64,000 nucleotides of DNA, taken from the NCBI GenBank assembly GCA_012295275.1, contig CM022677.1:16802001-16866000 (forward strand), read 5' to 3'. A program made the position numbers and the translations under genes. Position 1 is the stretch's first letter. Each line of letters begins with the position of its first letter. A model generated the notes under the pieces. It was given only the letters and a program-made list of their open reading frames with translations, searched no databases and had not been told where the DNA came from. The DNA is from Chrysomallon squamiferum (Eukaryota; Animalia; Mollusca). This document shows positions 13,121 through 47,249 of this stretch, in pieces.

Positions 13121-14667
13121 TTATTCTTCTGGATTTCTAGAACATGGCCGCTTTAATGCCTGTCCAGTTTCTCGAATCCAGTAAGTTAAAACCCATTTGG
13201 AACCGATAAGAACGGGACAAGCTGCATGAAGTGTCATGCGATTAGGCAAACCATTCCGATGTAAATTATACCAAAAAACTGCAGATCCCTTTTTAGGTAG
13301 TATTCTTATACCAAGATACGGAAACACTGTTGCACCTCCTTCCACATTGCTCATATAGTTTAACCACGTGGCAATTCTATCTCCAAAGTCTAAAACAGTA
13401 GCAACATTTTTTCCGAAATAATCAGAATGAGAAGAGTAGTATCCACCTAATCCATAGTTTGTCACGCGAAGTGGTTCAGAATATTTCATAGAAAGACCTG
13501 TGACTGCTTCAGTTCTATTCTGAACTATCAACTCTGCTTCTAGCTCATCTGTTGTCATGACTGTATCTTTGCTAATTCTAATATCAGTTTTCAAACTTCT
13601 ACCAGAGCTTCTGACTAGAGATCTGTTTAACGAGGGCAGAGAAAACGACTTTATTTCTTCGATTTTCAATATCATCGATAAAATCATGATAGTGGACAAT
13701 TTTTGGTGACAAATGAAGAACCTCCTCTTTAACAGGCTGAAGAAGTTGGAGTGGATGATTTCTGTCACTGCTGTAGCGACATCGTAATCACATTTTCACC
13801 GCGACAGAGACCTTAGACGTTAGTGTTTTTCTTATATCTTCTTCACACACGTTCTTTACAGTGTTCTTTCTTCTCCCAAATTTTAGTATACTTGAATACT
13901 TTTCTCTGTGTTAGAATACCTAAATAGAATGTTTTTCTGTACACAGCACGATCTAGATCAGGATCTATCATTAACTGTTCATTTATGAGATATAAGGCCT
14001 GTTCTATCTGTCCTACTAAATCTCTACCGTGTATTGCATATTCAAGAAGTTCTAACCGAGATACGTTCTTAATGTTTTCTCTTCTTTCTTTCTCAAGGCT
14101 TATCTCCATCCAAATGTATTGATAGCGGTATTTCTCCGTCTTGTACGCAATGCGACCTAATTCATAACAGTCTTCTGTTGGTAATCTCTGTATATATCGC
14201 TCATATATAAAACCGTCTGCCAAACGTCTCGCATTTAATCTGTACGTATCTTGAAGACGAAACAGAGCTTCAGCCACCCTTCTAAATCATCGTAACTCGG
14301 AACATGTTCACGAATTTCCTCTTGTTTGCGGAGATCCGTTTCAGACAGAAGGTTTACCTTCAGTATAGGCTCTACATTTCGTTCCCAGTCTAAAGTGAAA
14401 ACTTTAATAAATAAAAATGCACCAATCGGGTTGGCTATATAACGATACGGGTCTTTTAGTGCGTTTAAACTAAGCTGTTCTATTTTATCTGAAACTGCTT
14501 TCAGCTGATCTAATTTAGATTTTTCTTTACATACATGACAGATATTTCTTAGTGCTACTGCCAAATCTCTCGCTGCTTGTACAGAGCTGTATAGATGTGA
14601 TACGGACGTAAACAGTTCTGAATCCACAGCCAAAGTTACCAAAACCAATGTAAAGACTTTCGTACAT
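13121..14667 (-). pseudogene. Intronless P4HA, near full-length, multiply frameshifted
   Basis: Three ORF pieces (14235-14699, 13843-14277, 13121-13768) tile one P4HA. The homologous ATG at 14667 is out of frame with the signal peptide. Indels occur near 14277 and 13850-13670. Catalytic HSD, HAACP and SKW are retained, and the copy ends RPCSRNPEE*. Confidence 0.88.
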
Positions 14668-15051
14668 ATTGTGTCTCTCGTGTACCTATGTTTAAACAAA
14701 ATGAATGCCTAGTAGCTTGGTTTATGAATAGAAGTTGATTTGGATTGTGCATAAAAGTTATTTATGATTGATGTTTGTCTACAAACATAAATTTTAATAT
14801 ATATATATATATAAAAACTGAGTGGAATTGTGTTTTCATCTTTGTTCACATACTAGGTCCGCAACTGTCTAATATAGATCAGATATCCTCGTGAGACAGA
14901 ATGCAGGCTTCAGTAATGATAGTGATAAGATGAGACAATAATAATAATGAGGGGGAGTTTGGAGTTCGTTGAGACAACTACGATGTTTTTATTTTTGTTT
15001 ATTTGTTGTTTTGGGGTTGTTGTTTTTGTTTGGGTGGTTGTGCGTGTAGTA

Positions 15052-15102
<51 letters not shown>

Positions 15103-15133
15103 GGTGCGCGTGCATGTGTGTTTCTGTTTTGCA

Positions 15134-15166
<33 letters not shown>

Positions 15167-15364
15167 TTTATATATATACAGAGGAAAACAACCCAGATAG
15201 AAGGAATTTACAAAAAGGAATACAAAATACAGTCTTTTTATTCTTCATTTTTTTTAAACAAATATATATTTTTTTTTCTTTATTTATTTATTTATTTATT
15301 TATATTTTTTTTTCTTCTTTCTTTCTATTTTTTTCTACTTTTTTTTTTTTTTTTAATTTTGGGA

Positions 15365-15590
15365 TACAGGACAAGCTGCACGAGTTGTCATTCCATTATT
15401 TCATACAGAAACCTGTCACCTCTTCAAAATTATTTCGAATTTTCGAAACTACTGCTATAAAACGTCACTTGACACAAGAAACTTATTTTTGCTGATTAAA
15501 TACTTAGAATTCAAACATTTACCTGAAACTAACAGCTTCTGATGTTTTAAAAATGGCGTAGGAAGTGTATTCACTTCCACTTGTCTCAAC
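15365..15590 (-). pseudogene. Heavily decayed P4HA catalytic-domain remnant with internal deletion
   Basis: EVNTLPTPFLK...GKCLNSKYLISKNKFL (cf. YRISKHVFL / IRVSKNKCL), then KIRNNFEEVTGFCMK (cf. KIQKRVEAITGLTMK), followed almost directly by MTTRAACPV (cf. MTLHAACPV). Confidence 0.7.
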
Positions 15591-16408
15591 GCCTCTATGC
15601 TTCTTTGTAGAGTGTATTCATGTATTTCTCTGTGTATGTTTGTCAGTCTTAGGTCTATTACAGTCCATGACAATGACAAACAGAATATGAATGTACCTGT
15701 ACAAAACAATACGAGACATTTTTGAAACATGGAAACAGATCTACCACCTGGTTAAATTGCATGGAGGGTGTGCAATAGCTTTTCCTCATCTTGGTAAAAT
15801 ATTACCCAAAAATAGTGTATAGTTTTTAGTATAATCTATATCGCAAAGGTTTGCCTGATAACATGATAATTCGTTCAGCCTCTCCTAATGTTATTGGCTC
15901 GAAATTGGTATCAGCTTTTTGGACTGAACAGATATTCAGTCGTCCATGCTCCACAAAGTCAGAAGAATACATGAAATAGCACACTTAACTTTGACTTCGT
16001 TTCTTCTCAGAGAATTAAGCAATCATTTGTTTTTAAAGTTAATCGATACATATATACTTATATGTGTTTGTTTGTTTGTTGTCTCAGTGTATTTATTTAT
16101 TTATTTTTATTTGTTTTCATTATCATTATCATCATAATCATAATTTTACAGCATAGCGTCTGTTAATCTGAACAAAGAGGAAAGCGCTATTTCATTCAGA
16201 TTTTTCCACTTACATTCAACGCAATACACTATCTTCTCAGCGAACTCAAGTAGTATGAACCCGTTCTGTTTTGTGTGTGTGTGTGTCAGACAGAAACCGA
16301 GAACCAGACAGATGGAAAAAGAATAATACAAAAACAACCAAGAAAAACTAAAACAAAACAGGCCGCTCATACTAGAGGCAAACACACAGACACACACATG
16401 CACGCACA

Positions 16409-16503
<95 letters not shown>

Positions 16504-16867
16504 ACAGAAAAACTCACAAGAATTAAGTGAATTTTATCGTATACATTTTAATCAGCTGCTTTTCTGCTTTTTTTCTCCCGATTATGACATGTAATTGTTA
16601 ATATAATTTTCATATATAAAATATACTGTTTTTAATTTCTGTTTAAATGCGCATGTGTCTGCACATATACACAAACACACGCAAACAAACACAAACCGAC
16701 ATATTCATACACATAGAGAAACAAAAAGCTCACAGACAAAAAAACTGACAGATACAAATGTATGAAATCAGACAGATAAAACAACAAAAAAAGTAAAGTA
16801 ATAATGAAATAAATCCATAAATAGAATGAGAATATATACAAATGAAATACAGCACAATACAACGTGA

Positions 16868-16932
<65 letters not shown>

Positions 16933-17073
16933 AGACACACAGCAGTTTAAAGATCTGCCTGTATCAAGTCAGACATTTCTTCTGAATCTATAACGTTATA
17001 CGTAGTACGTTTTTTAAACCAATTACCTAGCTCTTCCTATCAATTGTAGGATACTTTCGAGGAGGAGCAAATT

Positions 17074-18607
17074 ATGTATCAGCAATACGTTGTTTTAGTG
17101 TTGATGTTACCGCCTGTGAATTCAGAACTCTTTACGTCCGTATCACATCTCTACAGCTCTGTAAAAGCAGGAAGAGATCTGGCAATGACATTGAGAAATA
17201 TTATACGTGTGTATAAAGAAGGAACGAAATTGGGAAACCTGGAAACAATATCAGATAAAATGGAACGACATTGTTTGAATACTCTAAAATACCCGAATCG
17301 TTACATAGCCAATCCCATTGGAGCGTTTTTGTTTATTAAACGTTTTACGTTAGACTGGGATCGTGATGTAAAACCTGTTCTTGAAGAAAACGTTCTTTCT
17401 GAAACAGATCTACTCAAACTGAAGGAAATTCGTGAATATCTCCCAACTTACGAAGATTTAGAAGGCGTAGCTGCTGCTATGTTTCGTCTTCAAGACACAT
17501 ACAAATTAAACGCTACAAGATTGGCAGAAGGTTATATACATGAACGATATCTACAGAGACTGTCTGCAGAAGGCTGTTATCAGTTAGGTCGCCTTGCATA
17601 CAAAATGAAAAAATACAACTATCTACATATTTGGATGGAGATAAGCCTTGGGAAAGTGAGAAGAGAAAACATTCAAAACGTATCTCGCTTAGAACTTCTT
17701 GAATATGAAAAACACGGTAGAGAATTAGTAGGAAAGATATAACAAGTTTTACATCTGACAAATGAACAGTTAATGTTATCTCCTGTCGTAGACCGTGCTC
17801 CGAACAGAAAGGAGAAACATTTAAATGCATCAGGACTTGGAAAAGAAAAGAAAAAGATAAATTTCGGGTTTAAAATAGACGCACTTTACAAGGCTCTCTG
17901 TCGAGGTGATGAGGTTACTGAAAGACGACACAGAGGAAGATTGAAATGTCGTTACAACACCAACAAACATCACCCTCTTTTTGTTCTTACGCCTATTAAA
18001 GAGGAGGTTCTTCACTTTTCACCGACCATTGTTCAGTACCATGATTTTATCAGTGATAGTGAAGTTGAAGAAATTAAAACAGCTTCTATGCCACTTTTAA
18101 AAACATCTACAGTGAAGCATTATGGGAAAGTCGAAACCTATGACATTAGAGTCAGCAAGAATAAATGTCTATCAACAACCAACGGTCGGAAAGTCGAGAA
18201 TTGAGAACAGAATTGAAGCAATCACAGGTCTTTCAATGAAACATTCAGAAGCTCTGCAGGTAGCAAACTACGGAATAGCTGGACACTTCTCGACTCAATA
18301 TGACTATTACGACAAATTAGATGTTGATGATTTGTCCTCTGGAAACAGAATTGCCACGTGGACAAACTAGCTGAGCGATGTTGAGGCCGGAGGTGCAACA
18401 GTTTTTCCTTATCTTGGTGTCAGAATATCGCCTGAGAAGGGTAAAGCTGTATTCTGGTATAATTTATATCGGAATGGTTTGCCTAATCCCACGACAACTC
18501 ATGCAGCTTGTCCCGTTCTTACTGGTTCTAAATGGATATCAACAAATTGGTTTCGAGAAACTGGACAGACATTCAAGCGGCCATGTTCGAGAAATCCAGA
18601 AGAATAA
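17074..18607 (+). pseudogene. Intronless P4HA, full-length, disabled
   Basis: Complete P4HA homology from MYQQYVV to RPCSRNPEE*. In-frame TAA at 17740-17742, frameshift near 18190 and TAG at 18368-18370. The Fe-binding HxD is changed to QYD. Confidence 0.92.
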
Positions 18608-18674
18608 GTGAAATGTGGCTAACATGGTAGAATAAGATTTCTTATATATAAATTCAATGGTTATTTGTAAATAT

Positions 18675-18767
18675 GTTCTTATTTGTTCGAAATGGATATG
18701 AACTTACCGGATTCGTACAAAGGAACAGCTACTAAGGTAGCTATGCTCCACTGATCCAGAAGAATAA
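18675..18767 (+). pseudogene. Extra decayed copy of the P4HA C-terminal ~30 codons
   Basis: Reads VLICSKWI*TYRIRTKEQLLR*LCSTDPEE*, versus VLIGSKWVLTYWIRETGQALKRPCSRNPEE*. Confidence 0.75.
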
Positions 18768-19669
18768 GTAAAATAGTTCATAACGTTCACTGTACTCAGA
18801 TCCTGGAAACAGGTTTATTATTTAAAGATATTTGTTAACATATGTTTGCTTGGTATCTATGTAAATTTTTAAAATGTACATATAAAGGTATTTATTTTTC
18901 TTTCTTTCTTTCTTGTTTAATTTATTAGTATTTTTTGTTCGTATAAATGAAACGTGCCCATTCGTTTCAGTGAATACTTCACTCTCTTTGAGTAATCCAT
19001 GTTTCTGTACAATGCTTATTTTATTCATGCTTGCTTGGAGGAGAAACCGTTGCGACCAACGAACGTGTCTGCTTATACCTTTTAATCGTAAGCCAGTTTA
19101 CACGTAAGTATATGTACAGACACACACACACACATACACACGCACACACAGTAGGTGGCACTAATTCAAGGGACAATAGTCGTCAGTCGAGAAGAGTAAG
19201 TGAAATATGTGTAACTTTCACTGCACACACGTTCTAGAAGACTTCTTGTTTATAGATGGACTTATTGTTATAACTATTTGTGATGACATTTTTGCAAGGT
19301 ATTTATGAAGAAATAAAAAAATATATATATTAAATAAAATAACATTAAAAATAAATATATAAATAGTAAAACAAAAAATTAACTAAATAATTAGAATAAA
19401 AATCGATCAATAAATAAATATATAATAATAATAACTTACGGCGATTTTCGTCTTCTGTACATCTTTTTAAAAAAAACATCGCGTGGTTTTAAGCTCTGTC
19501 TCTGAGAGAGAGAAAAACAAAAATATAAAGAACAACAATAAAGTAAGAAACGAAAGGAAGAATGTATAAAAAGGAACGAAACAGAGAAGCAGAACTATTT
19601 TTTTTTTTATTTTGAATTTGTTTTATTTGTTGTTATTAATTGCTAAATTAAATAATTTATTATTATTAT

Positions 19670-19721
<52 letters not shown>

Positions 19722-19799
19722 TAGTAGTAGTAGTATTTTTAATTAATGGAAAACGTGTAGTGTAATGAGACATATCTAAAACGGAGAATATTCAATCCT

Positions 19800-19853
<54 letters not shown>

Positions 19854-20741
19854 ATACTTTTATAGCAGCTTGCATTCTATTAGTCTCGGAATGTGTTAAC
19901 TTTATGTCATGCTTAATTAAAATACATTTGCAATAAATAAAAAATGTACGTGGGTCTTCAGGGTATTTGCTCGTGTCAATGAAATCTGTGCTACGACAAA
20001 GGTTATAAAATAAATTCGGAAAAGAAAATAACGATAAATAAAACAAAATAGAATAAAACAAAATGTTCGTGAATAAATTGTTTACAGTTGTGTCTATTAT
20101 ATGTGTCGCATTTGCTGCTGAACTAATTCCGGGATCGGCGTAGATCGTATAATAAACATTTTAAAGAACAATAATGCATAACTTCCATAATACATTACCA
20201 GTAAATATAATAAGCGAAAATCGGATTTTTTCCCGTCATTCTGGAAAATATGTCGAACAACCTGGATCACGATATGCTTGAAACAATACTGTAAAAAAAA
20301 TAAATAATAATAATACGTTTATGAATATTCATTAGCTCTTTTACTGCGTTGGACGTGAAGCAATTGTCGTTACGTCACTGACTGAATTAGAAATGACGTA
20401 ATGAGTTAACCGCTATGAGATCGTTGATCCAAAAAGTAAAATAAAAAATAAACACAATTATAATAATAATAACACTGATTATATCGATGAAAGGAGTAAA
20501 GATTAAATAAATAACTGACAAACTTTATAATTACTTAATTATTTACAAATTTTCCTCGAGTTTGGTCTAGAAAGGTGAGTCTCGTCAGATTTCTTATTTA
20601 AGGCATCTCTTGTTGTGTTTGTGTTTTTTTGTTGTTGTTTTTTTGAGGGAGGGATTTATTAGTTGGCTGGCTTTTTTGCTTGGTTTGTTTAATATTTTTG
20701 GGAAATGCCGATACATTCTGTTTCATACCATTTCATAATTT

Positions 20742-20781
<40 letters not shown>

Positions 20782-20785
20782 CGTA

Positions 20786-20830
<45 letters not shown>

Positions 20831-21208
20831 CCCAGTCCGAACGGTAATTTCGTCTGACTTCGGATAGCGGGCGACTGGGTGCCATACGTTCAAATCTCGT
20901 CAGCGGCATCTGTCAGGGTTTGTGACATAGTGACTGGACTTTGTCCTCCTGTACCAATGCATTCCCGAACATTTGTCTGCAGAGTTTAATCAGACGTACA
21001 CTAGACAGAAAATATTCAGTCTTAAATACACATTAATTATTATTAGTAGTAGTAGTAATAAACTTAACATTATAGCTATTATTATCGTTGTTATCATCAT
21101 CATCATCATCATCATGGTTTATTTATTTGTTTTATTTATTCATTATCTTATTTACTTATTTTATTTTATTATATTTATTTATTTACTGTATTTATTTATT
21201 TAGTTAGT

Positions 21209-21249
<41 letters not shown>

Positions 21250-21404
21250 TTTATTTATTTTAACTCATATATCTATTTACTTATCTTGCTTTGTTATATG
21301 TATTCATTTTATTTATTTATTTATTTGTATTTATTTATTTATTTTTATTTATTTATTTTATATTACCTTTTTTTAAATGTATTTTTTAGTTCTAAACAGC
21401 TTCA

Positions 21405-41271
<19,867 letters not shown>

Positions 41272-42077
41272 AACGTTACTGGTGTCACAGTATGAATGAA
41301 ACATGTCTCCATAATTATGAAACCATAATTATGTGTTGTATGTTTCTGTGATATTGCTATAACTTTTGCTGTTTTTTTTTAAAACAAATATTTACTGTTT
41401 TTGAAAATCCTGTGGCAGCACAAATAAATATTCTTGTTTAAAATTCTTCATATTATTATTATTTAGTTCTGTTTGACTGACCAATGGTTATTAATGCAAA
41501 ATAATGATAACACTACTGATATAATTAAATACTGACACATGAACCTATATAATGAAAAATGAAACAAAAACCTGTGTCCTAAATAATGAAAAAAACAACA
41601 GTCTGTGTCTTTGTTAAGAAAACATGAACCTGTCATTTGAATAAAGAAACACAGACATGTGTCATGAATAATGAAAAATGGTTCTGCATCCCAAATAACA
41701 AAATATTAATCTAAGCCTAAAACAGGGTAACATGAACATGTAATGAACTTGAACCTAAATCTTGAATAATTTTGTTTTAATATGACGTAGATACTGACAC
41801 CTGAATGTACATCTTGAATGATGAAAAAGAATGATATAGCTTTAAAAAAGAAAACAGTAACGTATATCTTTAATATGTAAAATAAAATTAGTTTGAATAA
41901 TGAAGTATTAGTCTGACCTAAATACTGAAAACTGAACATATCTAGTAAAATGTAACGATAAAAAATGATGCCTTAAAAATATAACAAGGACCTGTATTTT
42001 GAATAATTAAAAATGAACTTATATCTAGGAATGTGAAACAGAAACCTACATCTCGATTAATAAACCATTAGCCTGTG

Positions 42078-42325
42078 ATAATAACGAAACATTAAGCTGT
42101 GTTAATAACGAAACATTAAGCTGTGTTAATAACGAAACATTAAGGTATGTTAATATCGAAACATTAAGCTGTGTTAATAACGAAACATTAAGCTGTGTTA
42201 ATAACGAAACATTAAGTTATGTTAATAACGAAACATTAAGCTGTGTTAATAACGAAACATTAAGCTGTGTTAATAACGAAACATTAAGCTATGTTAATAA
42301 CGAAACATTAAGTTATGTTAATAAT
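42078..42325. repeat. 24-bp tandem repeat (~10 units)
   Basis: Unit ataacgaaacattaagctgtgtta. Confidence 0.95.
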
Positions 42326-42539
42326 TAGGAACATCTTTGAACAAATGTCTTCTAAATTTTCATATCTAGGCAGACTTTAACTAATTTCACATATTTTTCG
42401 TAGATTTCTTTCATTTACAAAGCCTATTCAGTACGTTTGCAGACGCTATATACTGTCTGAGGTTCAACACGAAACATTAGTTTAGTGACTAAAATAATGC
42501 ACTAATGGGAATCACTATATAACACAGCGGATCATATTC

Positions 42540-43203
42540 TAGTAATGAATTTCCATATTTGTTGATATTAATTTTTTCTTACCTCGTTCTGGTCCAGGAC
42601 CTAACACTAACTGTTCATTTGTTAGATGTAAGGCCTCTTGTATATGTCCAACGAATTCTCTACCATGAATTGCATAGTCAAGAAGTTCTATCCTTGATAC
42701 TTTATCAATCTTTATATATATATAGCATTCATTTATAAAACATTCTGCCAATTGTTTTCGCGTTTAATTTGTGTGTATTTTGATGATTAAACAGATATGC
42801 AGCCTTCTAAATCTTCGTAAGTTAGGAGAGATATTCACTAATTTCCTCTGGTTTGCATAGATATGTTTCAGAGAGATCATTTTCCTCATGTGTAGGTTTT
42901 CCATCGCGATCCCAGCTCGAAGTGAAAAGTTTAATAAATAAAAAGGCACCAATCGGGTTGGCTACGTAATGATTCGGATCTTTTAAAGTCTTCAAACAGT
43001 GCTTTTACATTTTTTCGTTTTTTCTGAAATTGTTCTGAGTTAATCTAATTTCATTTCGAATTATATACACGTGAGTAATTTCTTAATACGTTAGGCAAGA
43101 CTTTTCCGTAAACTACAGAGCTGTTCAGGTGTGATACAGATGAATATAGCTCGGAATTCACAACTGATAATACAAGGAATAAAACGAAGTGTTGCCGACA
43201 CAT
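42540..43203 (-). pseudogene. Intronless P4HA, 5' half only, multiply frameshifted
   Basis: ATG at 43203: MCRQHFVLFLVLSVVNSELYSSVSHLNSSV. Later pieces are YVANPIGAFLFIKLFT and VSRIELLDYAIHGREFVGHIQEALHLTNEQL. No catalytic domain recognised. Confidence 0.85.
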
Positions 43204-43884
43204 GTTTTGTTCGTCGTATAAATGTGTTAAGTGAAGCGAGTTCGTAACACATTTGCTTTGTGAACAGGGTTTAATGAACGGCTCTCAAAACTAACGTCAG
43301 TCAGAAGTCACAGATATGGTTAAATTACAGAACATCTAAATGTAAATATTAATTTGGTTTATGTTGCTATTGAGGCAAGTCCATTTTCAAATTCGGTATA
43401 AAATAAACTCTATGGAAATATCTTTAAAAAATTGAAAATTGAAAATTGTTATTAACTAGAGATGAACAGTGGGAAGCTGTATTTGGTTTGTGGTACCACA
43501 AATAAATATACAGTAAAACAACTAAAGCAAGTTTATTAGATACTGCTATCATGTTCTGACCTGTGTTTTGCTATGATAAAACAGTCCGGGCTCTGGTTTT
43601 GAAATCAGAAAAGCGAATATTTGAAGTAAACAAAAACTTTGGTGAAATCTTTTTAGCTGAAGTTGCTGTTGACTACTATATTTCAATGAACTGGTTAATG
43701 TTCATTAAGATAAACCGTATTGCGTTAGTATTTACTTTAACGCTGTCTCTGAGTTAAAGATATATATTGTTTATAGGGTTGGTGCGTGTATGTATGCGTT
43801 GAATATTTTTATAATATATTTACATGCATACTGCAGTTACTACTACAACATCTACAGCTTTCACTATACCTTTCTGGAGTACAA

Positions 43885-44476
43885 AAAACATGTTCAAACC
43901 ATTCAATTAATTCATTTGCTGTCTGCCAACTTGAGGTTGCAGCCGAGGTGGCCATGTTTTCACTACAAATAATAATAATAATAATAATAATACTTCAGAC
44001 ACAGCTCTTCCAGTCTTGTGACTTTCTTCAATACTCCAGTCACCTCACCAGTGACGTTGTGTATTAGTTTGACGTCATCCATATCCCTACAGCTGTATAA
44101 AAGAATGCATAGTAAGACTTTAAAACGAGATATAGTTACGGGAGATTATTTAGAAAAATAATTAGATTACTAACAAAAACTCTATTGTTATCAACGTTTA
44201 TGTCTGTATGTATGTCTCTCTTCCTGTCTGTGTTCGTATGTGTGTCTAGGCGTATCTGCGTATGTGTGTTCGTGTGCATGTGTGTGTGTGTGTGTTTCTC
44301 TGTGTGTGCGTGTTTTAACATATTTTAAACATTCTATAAAAATGTTATTGTATTCTCGAATCGATGGTGTTAACACCTTTCCCACCAGGAATTTAAGAAC
44401 GTTCAAACCATTCAATTAATTCATTTGCTGTCTGCCAACTTCAGGTTGCAGCTGAGGTGGCCATGTTTTCACTACA

Positions 44477-44528
<52 letters not shown>

Positions 44529-45026
44529 CAGACACTCCTCTTCCAGTGTTGTCATGACTTTCTTCAATACTCCAGTCACCTCACCAGTGACGTTGTGTAT
44601 TAGTTTGACGTCACTTTGAGAGCTGTGTAAAAGAATGCATAGTAAGACTTTAAAACGAGATATAGTTATGGGAGATTGTTTAATTAGAAAACTAATTAGA
44701 TTAGTAACACAAACTCTATTGTTATCAACGTTCATGTCTGTATGTATGTCCCTCTTCCTGTCTGTGTTCGTATGTGTGTCTAGGCGTATCTGCGTATGTG
44801 TGTTCGTGTGCGTGTGTGTGTGTTTCTCTGTGTGTGCGTGTTTTAACATATTTTAAACATTCTATAAAATATGTTATTGTGTTCTCGAAGTGATGCTGTT
44901 AAAATCTTTCCCTCCAGGAATTTAATAACACTCTCTGGTACTAAAAACGTGTTCAAACCATTCAATTAATTCATTTGCTGGCTGTCAACTTGAGGTTACA
45001 GCCTAGGTGGCCATGTTTTCACTACA

Positions 45027-45075
<49 letters not shown>

Positions 45076-45584
45076 CAGACACTCCTCTTCCAGTGTTGTT
45101 ATGACTTTCTTCAATACTCCAGTCACCAGATCGATGACGTTGTTGTGTGTTAGTTTGACGTCACTTTGAGAGCTGTGTGAAAGAAAGCATAGTAAGACTT
45201 TAAAACGAGATATAGTTATGGGAGATTGTTTAATTAGAAAAATAATTAGATTACTAACACAAACTCTATTGTTATCAACGTTCATGTCTGTATGTATGTC
45301 TCTCTTACTGTCTGTGTTCGTATGTGTGTCTAGGCGTATCTGCGTATGTGTGTTCGTGTTCGTGTGTGTGTGGATGTGTGGGTGAGTGTGTGTGCGTGTT
45401 TTAACATATTTTAAACATTCTATAAAAAATGTTATTGTGTTCTCGAAGTGATGTTGTTAAAATCTTTCCCTCCAGGAATTTAATAACACTCTCTGGTACT
45501 AAAAATGTGTTCAAACCATTCAATTAATTCATTTGCTGGCTGCCAACTTGAGGTTACAGCCTAGGTGGCCATGTTTTCACTACA

Positions 45585-45621
<37 letters not shown>

Positions 45622-46122
45622 CAGACACTCCTCTTCCAGTGTTGTCATGACTTTCTTCAATACTCAGTCACCTCACCAGTGACGTTGTGTATTAGTTTGA
45701 CGTCACTTTGAGAGCTGTGTAAAAGAATGCATAGTAAGACTTTAAAACGAGATATAGTTATGGGAGATTGTTTAATTAGAAAAATAATTAGATTAGTAAC
45801 ACAAACTCTATTGTTATCAACGTTCATGTCTGTATGTATGTCCCTCTTCCTGTCTGTGTTCGTATGTGTGTCTAGGCGTATCTGCGTATGTGTGTTCGTG
45901 TGCGTGTGTGTGTGTGTGTTTCTCTGTGTGTGCGTGTTTTAACATATTTTAAACATTCTATAAAATATGTTATTGTGTTCTCGAAGTGATGCTGTTAAAA
46001 TCTTTCCCTCCAGGAATTTAATAACGCTCTCTGGTACTAAAAACGTGTTCAAACCATTCAATTAATTCATTTGCTGGCTGTCAACTTGAGGTTACAGCCT
46101 AGGTGGCCATGTTTTCACTACA

Positions 46123-46171
<49 letters not shown>

Positions 46172-46651
46172 CAGACACTCCTCTTCCAGTGTTGTCATGA
46201 CTTTCTTGAATACTCCAGTCACCTCACCAGTGACGTTGTGTATTAGTTTGACGTCACTTTGAGAGCTGTGTAAAAGAATGCATAGTAAGACTTTAAAACG
46301 AGATATAGTTATGGGAGATTGTTTAATTAGAAAAATAATTAGATTAGTAACACAAACTCTATTGTTATCAACGTTCATGTCTGTATGTATGTCCCTCTTC
46401 CTGTCTGTGTTCGTATGTGTGTTCGTGTGCGTGTGTGTGTGTGTGTGTTTCTCTGTGTGTGCGTGTTTTAACATATTTTAAACATTCTATAAAATATGTT
46501 ATTGTGTTCTCGAAGTGATGCTGTTAAAATCTTTCCCTCCAGGAATTTAATAACACTCTCTGGTACTAAAAACGTGTTCAAACCATTCAATTAATTCATT
46601 TGCTGGCTGTCAACTTGAGGTTACAGCCTAGGTGGCCATGTTTTCACTACA

Positions 46652-46709
<58 letters not shown>

Positions 46710-47196
46710 CAGACACTCCTCTTCCAGTGTTGTTATGACTTTCTTCAATACTGCAGTCACCAGATCGATGACGTTGTTGTGTTAGTTTGACGTCACTTTG
46801 AGAGCTGTGTGAAAGAAAGCATAGTAAGACTTTAAAACGAGATATAGTTATGGGAGATTGTTTAATTAGAAAAATAATTAGATTACTAACACAAACTCTA
46901 TTGTTATCAACGTTTATGTCTGTATGTATGTCTCTCTTCCTCTCTGTGTTCGTATGTGTGTCTAGGCGTATCTGCGTATGTGTGTTCGTGTGTGTGTGTG
47001 TGTCTGTGTGTTTTAACATATTTTAAACATTCTATAAAAAATGTTATTGTGTTCTCGAAGTGATGCTGTTAAAATCTTTCCCTCCAGGAATTTAATAACA
47101 CTCTCTGGTACTAAAAACGTCTTCAAACCATTCAATTAATTCATTTGCTGGCTGTCAACTTGAGGTTACAGCCTAGGTGGAAATGTTTTCACTACA

Positions 47197-47249
<53 letters not shown>

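Noticed and set aside
17740-18370. Stop-codon readthrough or RNA editing rescuing the plus-strand P4HA
   Set aside because: Two stops plus a frameshift plus loss of the Fe-binding His are better explained by pseudogenisation.
19852-20061. Minus-strand exon-like segment (TDFIDTSKYPEDPR...)
   Set aside because: Plausible splice signals, but no recognisable homology or partner exons.
20865-20960. B-box-like GTTCAAATC suggesting a tRNA gene or SINE
   Set aside because: No cloverleaf or clear A box, and a single occurrence. At most a SINE fragment.
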